Assembly (NCBI GenBank): GCA_951406725.2
Contig: OX597838.1
Location: forward strand, 12,834,001 to 12,898,000
Direction of reading: 5' to 3'
Origin: Octopus vulgaris
Lineage: Eukaryota
Length of the DNA: 64,000 nucleotides
A model generated the notes under the pieces. That model was not told the DNA's origin. It did not search any database and saw only the letters and a program-made list of their open reading frames with translations. Shown here one piece after another: positions 14,127 to 25,122 of this stretch. Within the stretch, counting starts at the first letter, position 1; each line of letters opens with the position of its first letter. A program made the translations under genes and the position numbers.

Positions 14127-14605
14127 TTAACTCTTTCGTTACTGTATTTATTTTGAGATGTTCAGTGTTCCTTTCAATTACTTTAAATATAACAAAGAAT
14201 TTAGTAAAATAACTTAGTTATCTTTCAGCTAGTGTTAGGAGCATAAATTGTGACTAAGGTTTGGTGGAAGATTTTAATTCAAAACTTATGGAAACAAGAC
14301 ATTTGTACTCAGAGCCAGAGTCAGTTTCAGCCGGGTTGGTATTGAAAGGGTTAAGAATTGTTTCTCTATTATATATTTTAACCCTTTCGTTACTGTATTT
14401 ATGTTGAGATGCTCTGTGTTTCTTTCAATTACTTTAAATATAACAAAGAATTTAGTCAAATAACTTAGTTATCATTCAGCTAGTGTTAGGAGTATAAATT
14501 GTAACTAAGGTTTGGTGGAAGATTTTAATTCAAAACTTATGAAAACAAGACATTTGTACTCAGAGCCAGAGCCGGTTTCAGCCAGGTTGGTAATGAAAGG
14601 GTTAA
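14127..14605. mobile_element. Two adjacent piggyBac-type MITE copies (14127-14354, 14378-14605), inverted relative to 13300-13527
   Basis: Same ~225-bp body with TTAA flanks; a further half copy lies at ~13865-13980. Confidence 0.85.
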
Positions 14606-15439
14606 ATACAAGTTGAGCAGTGACGAAGAACTCTCTGCTCATTTATCCTTTCTGGAACCTTCTCTAACCCCTGTGCTAATTCTGGTGCACTTGTACTTTT
14701 ATGCAGTAACATCTGGAACATAATAGAACATTCTATAATATTGGAAAGTATTTCTGCAAGCTAACTGCTTGTTATTTAGTGTACATCACCTGATCTAAGA
14801 TACTAAAGATGTAAGGTTTCCATTCCAGGCTTCACTACAAAGGAATCATTGAAAACACTTAGCCAAAGAGACGTGAAGTAAGACTGAACCTGAAACCATG
14901 TGACTGGAAACAAACTTCTTAATCACTCAGCCATTCCTGCATCTAAAATTAAATTTAGCAGGAATTCAACTCAGAATATAATTACCTGCAATAATTACTG
15001 CAGGTGTTTTGTCTGATTCTCCAAAATTTTGCCAATCCACCATCCTGGGGCAATAGAAAAGTTATATACTGAGATATTCTCCATCCTAATTTTCAAAAAG
15101 GAAAATAAATCACAGTAAAATAGCATCCAATCTTGTTTACCTCTCATGTCGTTAATTTTTTCTTACAAAGGGTGATGACAAGATAACTGATTAACCAACT
15201 GTTCATATCTTGATGTATATGCAACAAGCTTCTTATTTGCTTTCTGACATTCTTTTTACTTGTTTCAGTCATGTGACTGTGGCCATGCTGGAGCACCGCC
15301 TTTAGTCGATCAAATCGACCCCAGGACTTATTCTTTGTAAGCCTAGTACTTATTCTATCGGTCTCTTTTTTGCCGAACTGCTAAGTTACAGGGACATAAA
15401 CACACCAGCATCGGTTGTCAAGCAATGTTGGGGGGACAT

Positions 15440-15890
15440 TGTGTATTACAGTTTAACAAGTGAGCTCCTCTCACAAAATCCAAAATCCTTTCAGCTTCTT
15501 CATTCCACAGACCATGTGTATAACCATTATAGGCTTCATCAAAACTGTCAGCTCCCCTTCCTTTTCTGCATGTCCTTTCAAATCCCCCTCCTGTCATGAC
15601 GACTTCTCTGTCGGTCATGTTTTCTACCACTTTCTTTTTCACACACATCAAAACTTACCATTCTCTTCATAATCTTGGAGCATAATCTGAGATGACACTC
15701 GGTCAAACCTTTCCTGTCTCCAGTTTCACCATCATCAGCCTTTCACCAACTCTTGTCACACTCACCACACCATCAATAAATCCTATAGAAATAAGGACAC
15801 CGACACTATACACGTCTTCCAGGCAAGGATATGAAACATTTTGGCACAGCCATCTAGGCACCACTTATTTGACCTTGCTGATTCAATGCT
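15440..15890 (-). mobile_element. Degraded RTE LINE AP-endonuclease fragment
   Basis: ORF 15418-15651 ..HGLWNEEAERILDFVRGAHLL.CNT resembles the RTE endonuclease GxRNxEGxRILDF region. Confidence 0.55.
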
Positions 15891-16249
15891 GATTTAATTG
15901 ACATCAGATATTATGTTCCTCACATTCTTTCAATCTATGTTTGTGAGCATATTTTCTTTTATGCGTATGAGGTGAGGGAAAGTGTTCGTGTCAATCATGT
16001 TAAATTGTAATCTCTCTCTTCTCTCACTCTATCATCATCATCATCATCGTTTAATGTCCGTTTTCTGTGCTAGCACTGCTTGGACGGTTTGACCGGGGTC
16101 TGGGAAGCCAGGAGGTTGCACCAGGCTCCAGTCTGATCTGGCAGTGTTTCTACAGCTGGATGCCCTTCCTAACACCAACCACTCCGTGAGTGTAGTGGGT
16201 GCTTTTTACATGCCACCGACACAGGTGCCAGGGGAGGCTGGCAGCAGCC

Positions 16250-16985
16250 ACGATCTTTCTGTCTGTAAGAGGCAATCTTTCTGTAGAATCTCTACAGGAT
16301 ATTCCTACTCCAATTTCCTTCAACCATTTCTCTATATCTTTGCTTACAGTTCCCAATGCACCAATTATTATAGACACAATCTTTGCAATTTTCATATTTC
16401 AAATTTTAAGAGATTGTACTTTTCTTTTACAGAGATGTACTTGCATAGCAAGTGACTTGATCTGAGATCGTGTGCTAGAACGAAAACAATTGCAGCGTGG
16501 AAGGTGTTTATAAGCCATTTAAGAAACACACAAAAACCGTTAGATTCACTTCAACATTTAAATTTAATTTGTCAAAATATTTTCATTGCTTTGAGACTGC
16601 GACCTGTTCACTGACAAAACTTCATGCAGCATCTTTACAATCCTGGAATTAAACAGACATGATAGATCAACTAGTAAGCAACATCACTTGTCCTTGTCTA
16701 CTATTTTCTAGCTTCTTGTCCATTTGAATAGGATAGCCCCACAAAATCTTACATTTCTCCAACTAGAGCACTCATTTGATCTGATGTTCATACCACGTGT
16801 ATCCAGCTTCAAATCTTCATTTCTTGCAAAGCTTCCAGTGTAAAACTTTTACAACTTGGTCATGTGTCCATTTCTTATATGCTTCCTCTGCCAACTTGGG
16901 ACATTCTGCAACAATCAGTGCTACTGTCTCATTCCAAGCTCCACAGACTCTACATTTTTCTGACACATTCTTCCCATATACATTT
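16250..16985 (-). mobile_element. Degraded RLE-type (R4/Dong-like) LINE C-terminal fragments, split by a short repeat
   Basis: Minus-strand peptides resembling CGAxNETVAxIVAECPKLA..YKKWxHDQV (CCHC-knuckle region) and IVSIIIGALGTVSKDIEKWLKEIG. Confidence 0.55.
16430..16625 (-). mobile_element. Short Penelope-like repeat with a G3-C8 hammerhead-like motif (16568-16618)
   Basis: Reverse complement of 57023-57205. Motif: tttgtca GTGAACA g gtcgc..gcaat GAAAATATTT tgacaaa. Confidence 0.6.
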
Positions 16986-17455
16986 TCCCTCAAGTTTTTT
17001 GGGGTTTTTTTGTTATTTTATTGCTTGATCTTGGGTGGCTACAGTTAGGCTCCGTTTCTTTTTTTAATTGCCCATTTTTTAAACAAAGCCCAGGATTTTG
17101 TTCCACATACATCTTCAGTAGCTTTCCAAAACTGAAGGCATTATTATTATTATTATTATTACTATTATTATGAAGATGGTGAGCTGGCAGAATCATTAAC
17201 TGAAGTTGATGGTATCAGCTAGCCCCTTACCTTCAAAATTGCTGGCCTTGTGCCAAAATCAGAAACTATTATTATCATTTAGGTGAAGGTAACAAACTAG
17301 CAGAATCATTAGCATGCTGGGCAAAATGCTTAGTAATGTTCCATCCGTCTCTACGTTCTGAGTTCAAATTCTGCTGTGGTTAACTTTGCCTTTCATCTTT
17401 TCTGGGTTAATATAATCGACTATAATCCCTACTATCTCTACAACACTTTTTTAAA

Positions 17456-17505
<50 letters not shown>

Positions 17506-19470
17506 TTTGTGTCCTCCAGAAACTGCTGTACACATGCACAACGAGATCCTCTTTTCGGCGGGCTTTCGTAAAAGCTTTCACGATTTCATGGAGAAAGAAA
17601 AAGGCAAGAAATTAGGAAGCATTTTTTTCCCCCTCTTAACATTCTTGAGTTTCATACAACGGAAATTACAATTCTGAAAGAATTTTTTTTATTTTTTACA
17701 AAAATTTCAATTGAAAAAATAATTGTGTCCCCAATTCCTTGCTACTTTCTCTTCAAGACATATAAAAGCTATTACGAAAGTCCGCCTGCTTTTCTTCTTT
17801 TAATTTTTATTGGTTCCCAGAGTAATAGTTGACGGGCAACTTCGTATTTTCTTTGCCAACAAAGTCTCACAAACTTATGTCAGTTTTTTTTTTAATAGTT
17901 ACCATTAATAACGTTGTTTTTGCTTAAACAAAGATCTCATTTTAGTGAATGTTGTTTACTTTCTCCTTCCAGTTTTTTTCCTCTTTCTCAATTCTTTATA
18001 TAATATATACCACAAAAATAGTATGTGAAAATAAGTTTGTTTTGAGAAAAAAAAATCATTCTTTTTATTTACTTTCCTCATATTAAAATAATTTATTTCA
18101 CTTCAAAATCTTTTTGTACCTACCACTTGCAGACAGACCGTCACTAGCTTGCTCGCATTTTAATGTTTCTAATTGTAATGGGGTAAACAATTCACAAAAC
18201 AGGCTTAACAACAAATATTACACCACCAATAAATTACAATATTTAACTGAAGGCCCAATATAACCTATTCAAAATCTTCTTTCATTACAGCAAGGTTCAG
18301 GAACAATTCGTCTCAAATTTCAATCTTCCCAGCTGACCCCCACTGGCTGTCCTTCCACATATCTTGCTCTACAGAGAGGTGATCCGTAATGGATCTTACT
18401 TATTTCCACTTCAGCATGGATGTTCTAGTATCATAAACTTTACAGTGGTAGTTACCACGAAACTCTCATATTAACTTTTTGGTGCAAAATACACTCGTTT
18501 GAACCAAAAAGCCAATATGAGAGTTTCTCCCATGGCATCTTAAACGTGGATGTTCTAGTAGAATAAACTTTATTCTAGAACATCCAGATATTACCCCACG
18601 ATATTAATACCGCTTCTATCTTGCTCTTTACACTTGGCTGAAGAGGGCTTCATTAAACTAAGCTTCATTTTTATTCTATAGCATCTTCACAAATATATAC
18701 CATTTAATAAAAGAATGTCTATATTGTATCTTCTGTATGGAAACTACCGATCTATCTAACAGTCTTCTCTAACGCCATTTCATTCACTAGACACTCCTTA
18801 TTATATCAGAATTTTAAGAAATCAAATAATGTCGACAAGGACGGCAAACGACTGGAGTGAATGGTTATGCATCAGAGACATTAGTCAAAGTGTGCAGGAG
18901 AGATGAGGCGTATCACATGAATTTTCTTGGTACAGGATCCATGTGAAGAAGACGTGAGAAAATGTAATAAAAGGCAGTCAGATCTCAGGAAGCTGGGTTT
19001 CACCGACGAAGAAAAAAACCTTAGGTTAACTGTATGCTATACTGCAGACTCGTTCAACTCATGGCCTGTGATTGGCATAAGAATCTACACCGCAGCAAAT
19101 TATACATATATATATGTATTTATTTGAAATAATTATATCGGTGAGGTATGAAAAACGGTTGCGTTGAACAAAAAATACCAGAGTGAAACTGATTAGCCGC
19201 ATTTACGTCCCTTTAGATCTAGCTCGACAAAAAAGTCCCTTACGACGCTCATAAATAGCCAATCCTTGAAGAATCCGATAATTGAAACCAGTAAATGAAT
19301 ATAGCATGAAAGGTAGAACTGATTGCCTTAAAAAAAAAAAGAGAAAAAAGTGAAGTGGTCAATATTATAAAATTAAAAAAAAAAAAAGGCTAATTAATAT
19401 TGCCGCCAACCCTGACACACAACACAATTACTATACATATATATATATTTTTTTTTTATTTTATAGAAGG

Positions 19471-19521
19471 AGCTTCTACAGGACTAGAACTGTTTCATTC
19501 AGATGAAATCTTCAGGAAGCT
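19471..19521 (-). ncRNA. Putative type I hammerhead ribozyme
   Basis: Minus strand reads AGCTTC CTGAAGA tttc atct gaat GAA ACAG ttctagtc CTGT A GAAGCT: 6-bp stem I, canonical core, 4-bp stem III, GUA triplet, weak stem II. Confidence 0.6.
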
Positions 19522-19627
19522 GGCTATATATATATAAATTTAATCCAAACATGAAAACACAACAACGCGAGGACGTGGGACAAGTATAGTGTTATTGGAC
19601 GCCTAGGAAAGGAAAGAAAGTAGGAGG

Positions 19628-19662
19628 GTTTAACGTTTCGAGCGGAGCTCTTCGTCAGAAAC
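19628..19662 (-). ncRNA. Putative minimal (Penelope-type) hammerhead ribozyme
   Basis: Minus strand reads GTTT CTGACGA a GAGC tcc GCTC GAAAC GTT AAAC: canonical CUGANGA/GAAA core with palindromic AACGTT stem III. Confidence 0.65.
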
Positions 19663-19906
19663 ATAGGAAAAGGAAAGATCCAAGGAAGGGAAGACGGAGG
19701 AGGAAAAAAATCGCCAAAACACATCTGAAATTGATTTCTATTTATCCTGCTTCTATCAAATTTCTGCGTGTGATATAGTGTTCTTTCACTGACTTTAGTT
19801 TCGTATACCTGTACAGAACATTAACCCTGGGTTAAATGATTGGGTTATTCGACCTGAGTTTGTTCATCTGTCAGTAAAAAAAGGCGATCTTTCATTCGAA
19901 ACATAG

Positions 19907-19945
<39 letters not shown>

Positions 19946-21066
19946 CAAGTGAATACTTATGAAAATAAAAAGAATAACAATATTTAAATTAATAAATATA
20001 TCAGTTTATACAAAATATTACCTTTTTTCTGCAGTATTTTTTTTTTTTTACAAAATAAAAATATTTCACAAATTAACAAAAAACGATATTGTAAAATAAT
20101 GTTTCTTTGAAGCACAGCAAATTTAAACCAATCCCGAAGATAAATTTAACCCCAGGTCAGCCCTGGCTCAGTAGACCTATGATCAAAGGAGGGCTAGTTG
20201 TGACTCATTTTTTACTTTCTGACATAGCGTATCTGAAAGTTTATCATTGATTCCATCTGGTGTTAAAATTTACTTGGTGGGACCACCACCTGATTAGAGA
20301 AGGTTAAATTTTTTAAGAAAATTTTCTCGATAAATTTATGGAATCGTCAGTGGAAAGTGGGGCCATATCGTGTCACGGGTGGGTAGCTTTCCAAGAGACT
20401 TGGTGGAACTTGTGTTGTGTGACGAAAATGTTGACACCAAATAATGTTTACCAGTTATGTGTCTGCAAATGGTTACTTTGTGTCTTTTATACTGTAACTG
20501 TTGGGGAAAAAAACGTAGTTAATTTAAACAGATTCTAATGCGGGTTTTTATATTCAAACAAAGCTGGGCTGACTGAAACATGGAATTTATTTTCAGTACA
20601 AAGACGTGATGGAGCTGGACGGAGCGAATCTTCTGGCATTTAAGGAGTCTTTCACATTCGTAAATCAGCCGGAACGTATTAAAAATATGCAAGTTACTGA
20701 GTGTGAAATATTTTGTTTGCGTCTTTAGTGCCGAGTCAGGCCAAATAAAAGAGATCCTACCCGTAATTTTCCTTCGGATATAAAACATTTCTTTGTTACT
20801 GTTTTTTCCTGATCGAGGAGAGACCTATCATCAAAAGAGTTTTACTAGTGATCACCCTGTCCTCTATATCTGGGACTACTTACATCCTTTTTTTTTTTGA
20901 GAGGGTAGGATAAAATTCGAAGAAATTCGGCTGCTATTTCTAACAGGTAGTGCGAAACTGCGAATGATTTTAAATAACCATCACGATTATCCCCGATCAT
21001 TATTATTTCAATAATAATAATAATTATTATTATTAAATCAAATCAGTAGGTACAGCAAAAGATATG

Positions 21067-21489
21067 TCAGGATTCTGGGTAGTTTACAGTCACACATAAA
21101 GAGCATGTGTCACAGCAAACGATGTCAAGATGAAGGGTGACATCGTTCGGCTCTAGAACATAACGTCCTCCACATCGACACGGGTAAGAGAAGAATTCTG
21201 GTTCCATACTATCTGGAACGAATTCAGCAAAGTCTATATTGTCTTGCACGGGCCAATCCTGGGTCAGACTCCTTTCTCGCCATCGTAAATCGAAGTGACT
21301 TCTTAGAGTGGGGTCGCTGAGAATTTTCCAGGCTTCGTTAATTTTGATAAACATCTCGTGATTTTCTGGAGTATTCGATATCGTGTTCTTGTCTGGGTGA
21401 TATTTTAAAGCAAGATTTTGATACGCTTTCTTTAACCGTTCGTGTGACGCTGAGGGATCGCATCCAAGAATGTCGTACAAGTTTTCCAT
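21067..21489 (-). CDS. DNAJC24: DnaJ homolog subfamily C member 24 / diphthamide biosynthesis protein 4, single coding exon, 140 aa from the first ATG
   Basis: J-domain (NLYDILG...LALKYHPDK...INEAWKILSDP) followed by a CSL zinc finger (YPCRCGG...CCDTCSL). The ORF-track start at 21522 is a TTG; the first ATG is at 21489. Confidence 0.93.
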   Translation of the reverse strand: MENLYDILGCDPSASHERLKKAYQNLALKYHPDKNTISNTPENHEMFIKINEAWKILSDPTLRSHFDLRWRERSLTQDWPVQDNIDFAEFVPDSMEPEFFSYPCRCGGRYVLEPNDVTLHLDIVCCDTCSLCVTVNYPES

Positions 21490-21713
21490 AGCATACGAAA
21501 TATCGAAAATATTACGGTCCAATATCTTTGAAAGTCAACTTATGAAGCGACACCGGTTTGTGCAAGGGACATAACTAAGTAAAACCCAAGGAGACTTGAT
21601 GTTCGTCTTCATTATTATACATATATACATATATATATACTATGCCTTATCTGGCATCCAGAATACTATGTTATATCATTCAATATATTAGGCAAAATCC
21701 AAGTATAAGTAGA

Positions 21714-21721
21714 TGACGTCA
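21714..21721. promoter_or_regulatory. Perfect CRE palindrome about 225 bp upstream of the DNAJC24 ATG
   Basis: TGACGTCA; function is inferred only. Confidence 0.3.
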
Positions 21722-22639
21722 TTCACCTACACAACGTTCTATCATGACAAAGAAATAAACAAGGAAAATCGGAGTGGAGTTAAAAATTGCTCATAGAATA
21801 TAGAGGCAAACTTGTTAATCCACTAATAGTGACAATGAAAACACTTAGTATTGCCAACTTAAGCAATGCTTGATTAAAAACATTTCCTAGAGAAATATTT
21901 GAATACTTTTCTGTGGTAATGCAAGTATTTCAAGGCTAATTCTTGTTCATTATTTTATAATTGGTATTATATATATATAATCAAAATAAGCAATAAGGGT
22001 ATCCAGAGGTAATGCAGTACGATCGTTTCAAGCAACTCCATTTAATTGAACAATGCAATCATTACATCAATTTCAATGTAGAGCAATCCTTTGCTGCATT
22101 GTATTTAAAACAGATGGACACATTAGTATGTTTTTACCTAAAATCTCCAAGAAGGTAAGGAGATAGACTAAGAACATGCTGCCTTCACTTCAGCTTAGAA
22201 GCTACTAATGAATCAAGAAGAAAGACTTGTTACAGATCTTTGCCTGTCACTATTTTATGGGGTCAGTTTTAATCTATACACTAGTTTTATCAAATCTTTG
22301 TATATCTAAATAAGAGAACAAGGAGTAGTGTCTATTAGGAATGGGGCTGTGGGAGTCAGCAGAAATCATAGTGGGTAAGTCATAAAAAACTATCAAGATT
22401 TATTAGAAGCAATATCAAGATATTTGGTAAAGGAAACCTTAAATCAAGATGTTAGCTGACAAATAAGGGGGCTGGCCACTAGCAAACCATTGTTGATGGA
22501 AACAGGGGAAATCTTATCATGTAGTACTATAGTTAAAATATGTATAATAATTCTAGTATTTAAAATTAAAAATTTATTTATTTATTTAGCTTGTTAGATA
22601 GATATGTACATAGGTGAGTCAACAAATATGTAGATAGAT

Positions 22640-22928
22640 ATCACGTGACCGACCAGTCCATCAGATGTAGTTACACATCGCTGGTCACAATGCGTTCGCA
22701 TTATTTTTAGACCTTTGAATGATGCCACCCCGCTGGCTAAGCGAGCAGGCCAACAGAAGAAAGAGCGGTGAAAGAGTACAGCAGGGATCACCACACCCTG
22801 CCGGAGCCTTGTGGAGCTTTTAGGTGTTTTCGCTCAATAAACACTCACAACGCCCGGTCTGGGAATCGAAACCGCGATCCTACAACCGCGAGTCCGCTGC
22901 CCTAACCATTGGGCCATTGCGCCTCCAC
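22640..22928 (-). mobile_element. SINE family C copy
   Basis: Reverse complement of 5670-5977. Confidence 0.75.
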
Positions 22929-23129
22929 GTAGATAGATATATTAATAGATATACACGGAGAACAGAACTGAAATGAAAATAATCTCAATTGGTAAATAAC
23001 TCCCTCAGAATGGGAGATGATGTCTGCATGGGTTTGAGCTATTGTGACCAGCTCCTCAACTCTACAGGCCTCTACAGTCTTCCTTACTGCCTGGTCGCTT
23101 CGCATGTCATATGGAGTTAAACCTTAATA

Positions 23130-23680
23130 CTGAAAACGAGCTTGACCCAGGTAAACATCCCCTCCATCTTGGAACCATCTGGGTTGTCCAGATGTGATGG
23201 GAAAAGACCTGACAGCCTCACCTTGTGCCCCTGGTCGAGAGGCAGATGCCTTGTCTGGGATGTCACAGTTGGCATCTCCTTTGCTTCTTCTCACATCCTG
23301 GATGCTGCGGCCAGGGTAAGATCCACAGCTTCTGCAGCCAAGTGAAACAAAATCCCGAAGTACTGCGATCTGTTGGCCAACTATATTTTCCATCCTGTGG
23401 CGTTCGAGACGTTTGGAGGGGTCGGACCACTGACTGCGAGATTCCTGTTTTCACTGGCAGTTCCCCTAGCAGAGGTAACTGGTGAGGCCCATGAGGGCGC
23501 TTGGTTGTTCTAGTGCATAAGCTTTGCCATCACCTGTAGCAATGCTGCAAGTGGGCCTCAATAGAGGGATTACCCAGCGCCCCAAAATTTTCAACCTAAG
23601 GTGGTGAATTGTGTTCTTCTCGCTCTTATGTATATATTTAAGTCTAATATAAGAAAAAACAATTTAATTGAAAAAAAAAA
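23130..23680 (+). mobile_element. Degraded 3' end of a non-LTR retrotransposon with restriction-like endonuclease (CRE/NeSL-like)
   Basis: EPSGLSRCDGKRPDSLTLCPWSRGRCLVWDVTV (RPD...D motif), then FHPVAFETFGG; contains stops; A-rich tail near 23680. Confidence 0.7.
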
Positions 23681-23747
23681 CTTTGACTAAGCCTTGTTGG
23701 TGACTGGACATACAAAAAGTTAGATTTTCTTTTTTGCACTATATACT

Positions 23748-23960
23748 CTTTACTCTCTCTTTTACTTGTTTCAGTCATTTGACTGCGGCCATGCTGGAGC
23801 ACCGCCTTTTAGTCGAGCAAATCGACCCCAGGACTTATTCTTTGTAAGCCCAGTACTTATTCTATCGGACTCTTTTGCCGAACCGCTAAGTTACGGTAAC
23901 GTAAACACACCAACATCGATTGTCAAGCGATGTTGGGGGGACAAACAGACACACAAATGC

Positions 23961-24037
<77 letters not shown>

Positions 24038-24178
24038 TACGACGGGCTTCTATTGTTTCCGTCTACCATATCCACTCACAAGGCTATAGTAGAAGAAACT
24101 TGCCCAAAGTGCCACACAGTGAGACTGAACCCGGAACCATGTGGTTGGTAAACAAACTACTTACCACACAGCCACTCC
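23748..24178 (-). mobile_element. SINE family A copy
   Basis: Family consensus with an expanded internal (TA)n. Confidence 0.8.
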
Positions 24179-25020
24179 TTTATATACAAATAAATTTTTT
24201 TATTTCCTTAAACTATAAAGCATATCATGCCTGTCAAATACATTAAAAGAAAGAAAATAAGCAATACTTTCTCAGTTTATTTCGAATATTTAGTACTTTA
24301 GTACACTTTTTGATTAAATGTCAGAATTTTAAAAAAGAATTTTTAAAATCCTTTGTTTGTGTTTAATAAAATAACAGTGTTTTCAAATAGGCTGGCTTAC
24401 ACAGCATTTTTTCACAATGAACCTACTGGGAATGTACTTTTGAAATTCAAAGTCAAAACAAACAAACAAACCAATAAATAAATAAATAAACAAATACATA
24501 AAAATTAAAATACTTATTACCTCCCCTGTTCGGGAATTATTTTAGTCTTCGACGGCAGATGGCGGGCGAGTCCAATGTTTTGACAAGAAAACTTTGTTGT
24601 CTTCCGTCCTCCTCATCTTGCCAAGTTTTTTTATTTTGCTCTTTCTTATCTGTTGCTGCTCCCTTTGTCTCCTCTGCTTCTAGAGTCACGCATTGCTTAG
24701 AAGTTTGCACCAGCCTCAGACAAGACAATGTGAAACACAGGCTTTTATATATATTTATATAACATATTTATATTTCTTTTGAAAAAAAAAAAAAGCTCTA
24801 ACCGGTATTAAGCACGCTGTGGTTTGTTGTGTATATATATATTTATATTTATATATTTATATATATTCGTATATTAGTCGTATATAAATATAAAAAAATT
24901 CCGTCGTTACTCTCTGCGATCGTCGCTTACTTTGTCTTGTCCGTAGTGTTGTGCCATCTTTTTCGTTTTGTCAAAAGATACCTGTCATTGTTCCGTCTCT
25001 CTCTTTCTGGTGGTGCTACA

Positions 25021-25122
25021 ATGGCAAACGCGGCATCACCTCTCAGAACCGAAGATCGCAAACTCCAACGTCAGGCCATGTATAAAGTTTCTACGCCCCC
25101 TTGGAAAGAAACCTATCGCAAA
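25021..25122 (+). CDS. RPAIN: RPA-interacting protein, exon 1
   Basis: MANAASPLRTEDRKLQRQAMYKVSTPPWKETYRK then gtaagc; the YK..PPWKETYR motif is characteristic of the RPAIN N-terminus. Confidence 0.9.

Noticed and set aside
21975-22050. GAAACGATCGTA hammerhead-like 3' half on the minus strand
   Set aside because: No recognisable CUGANGA-type 5' core or supporting stems.
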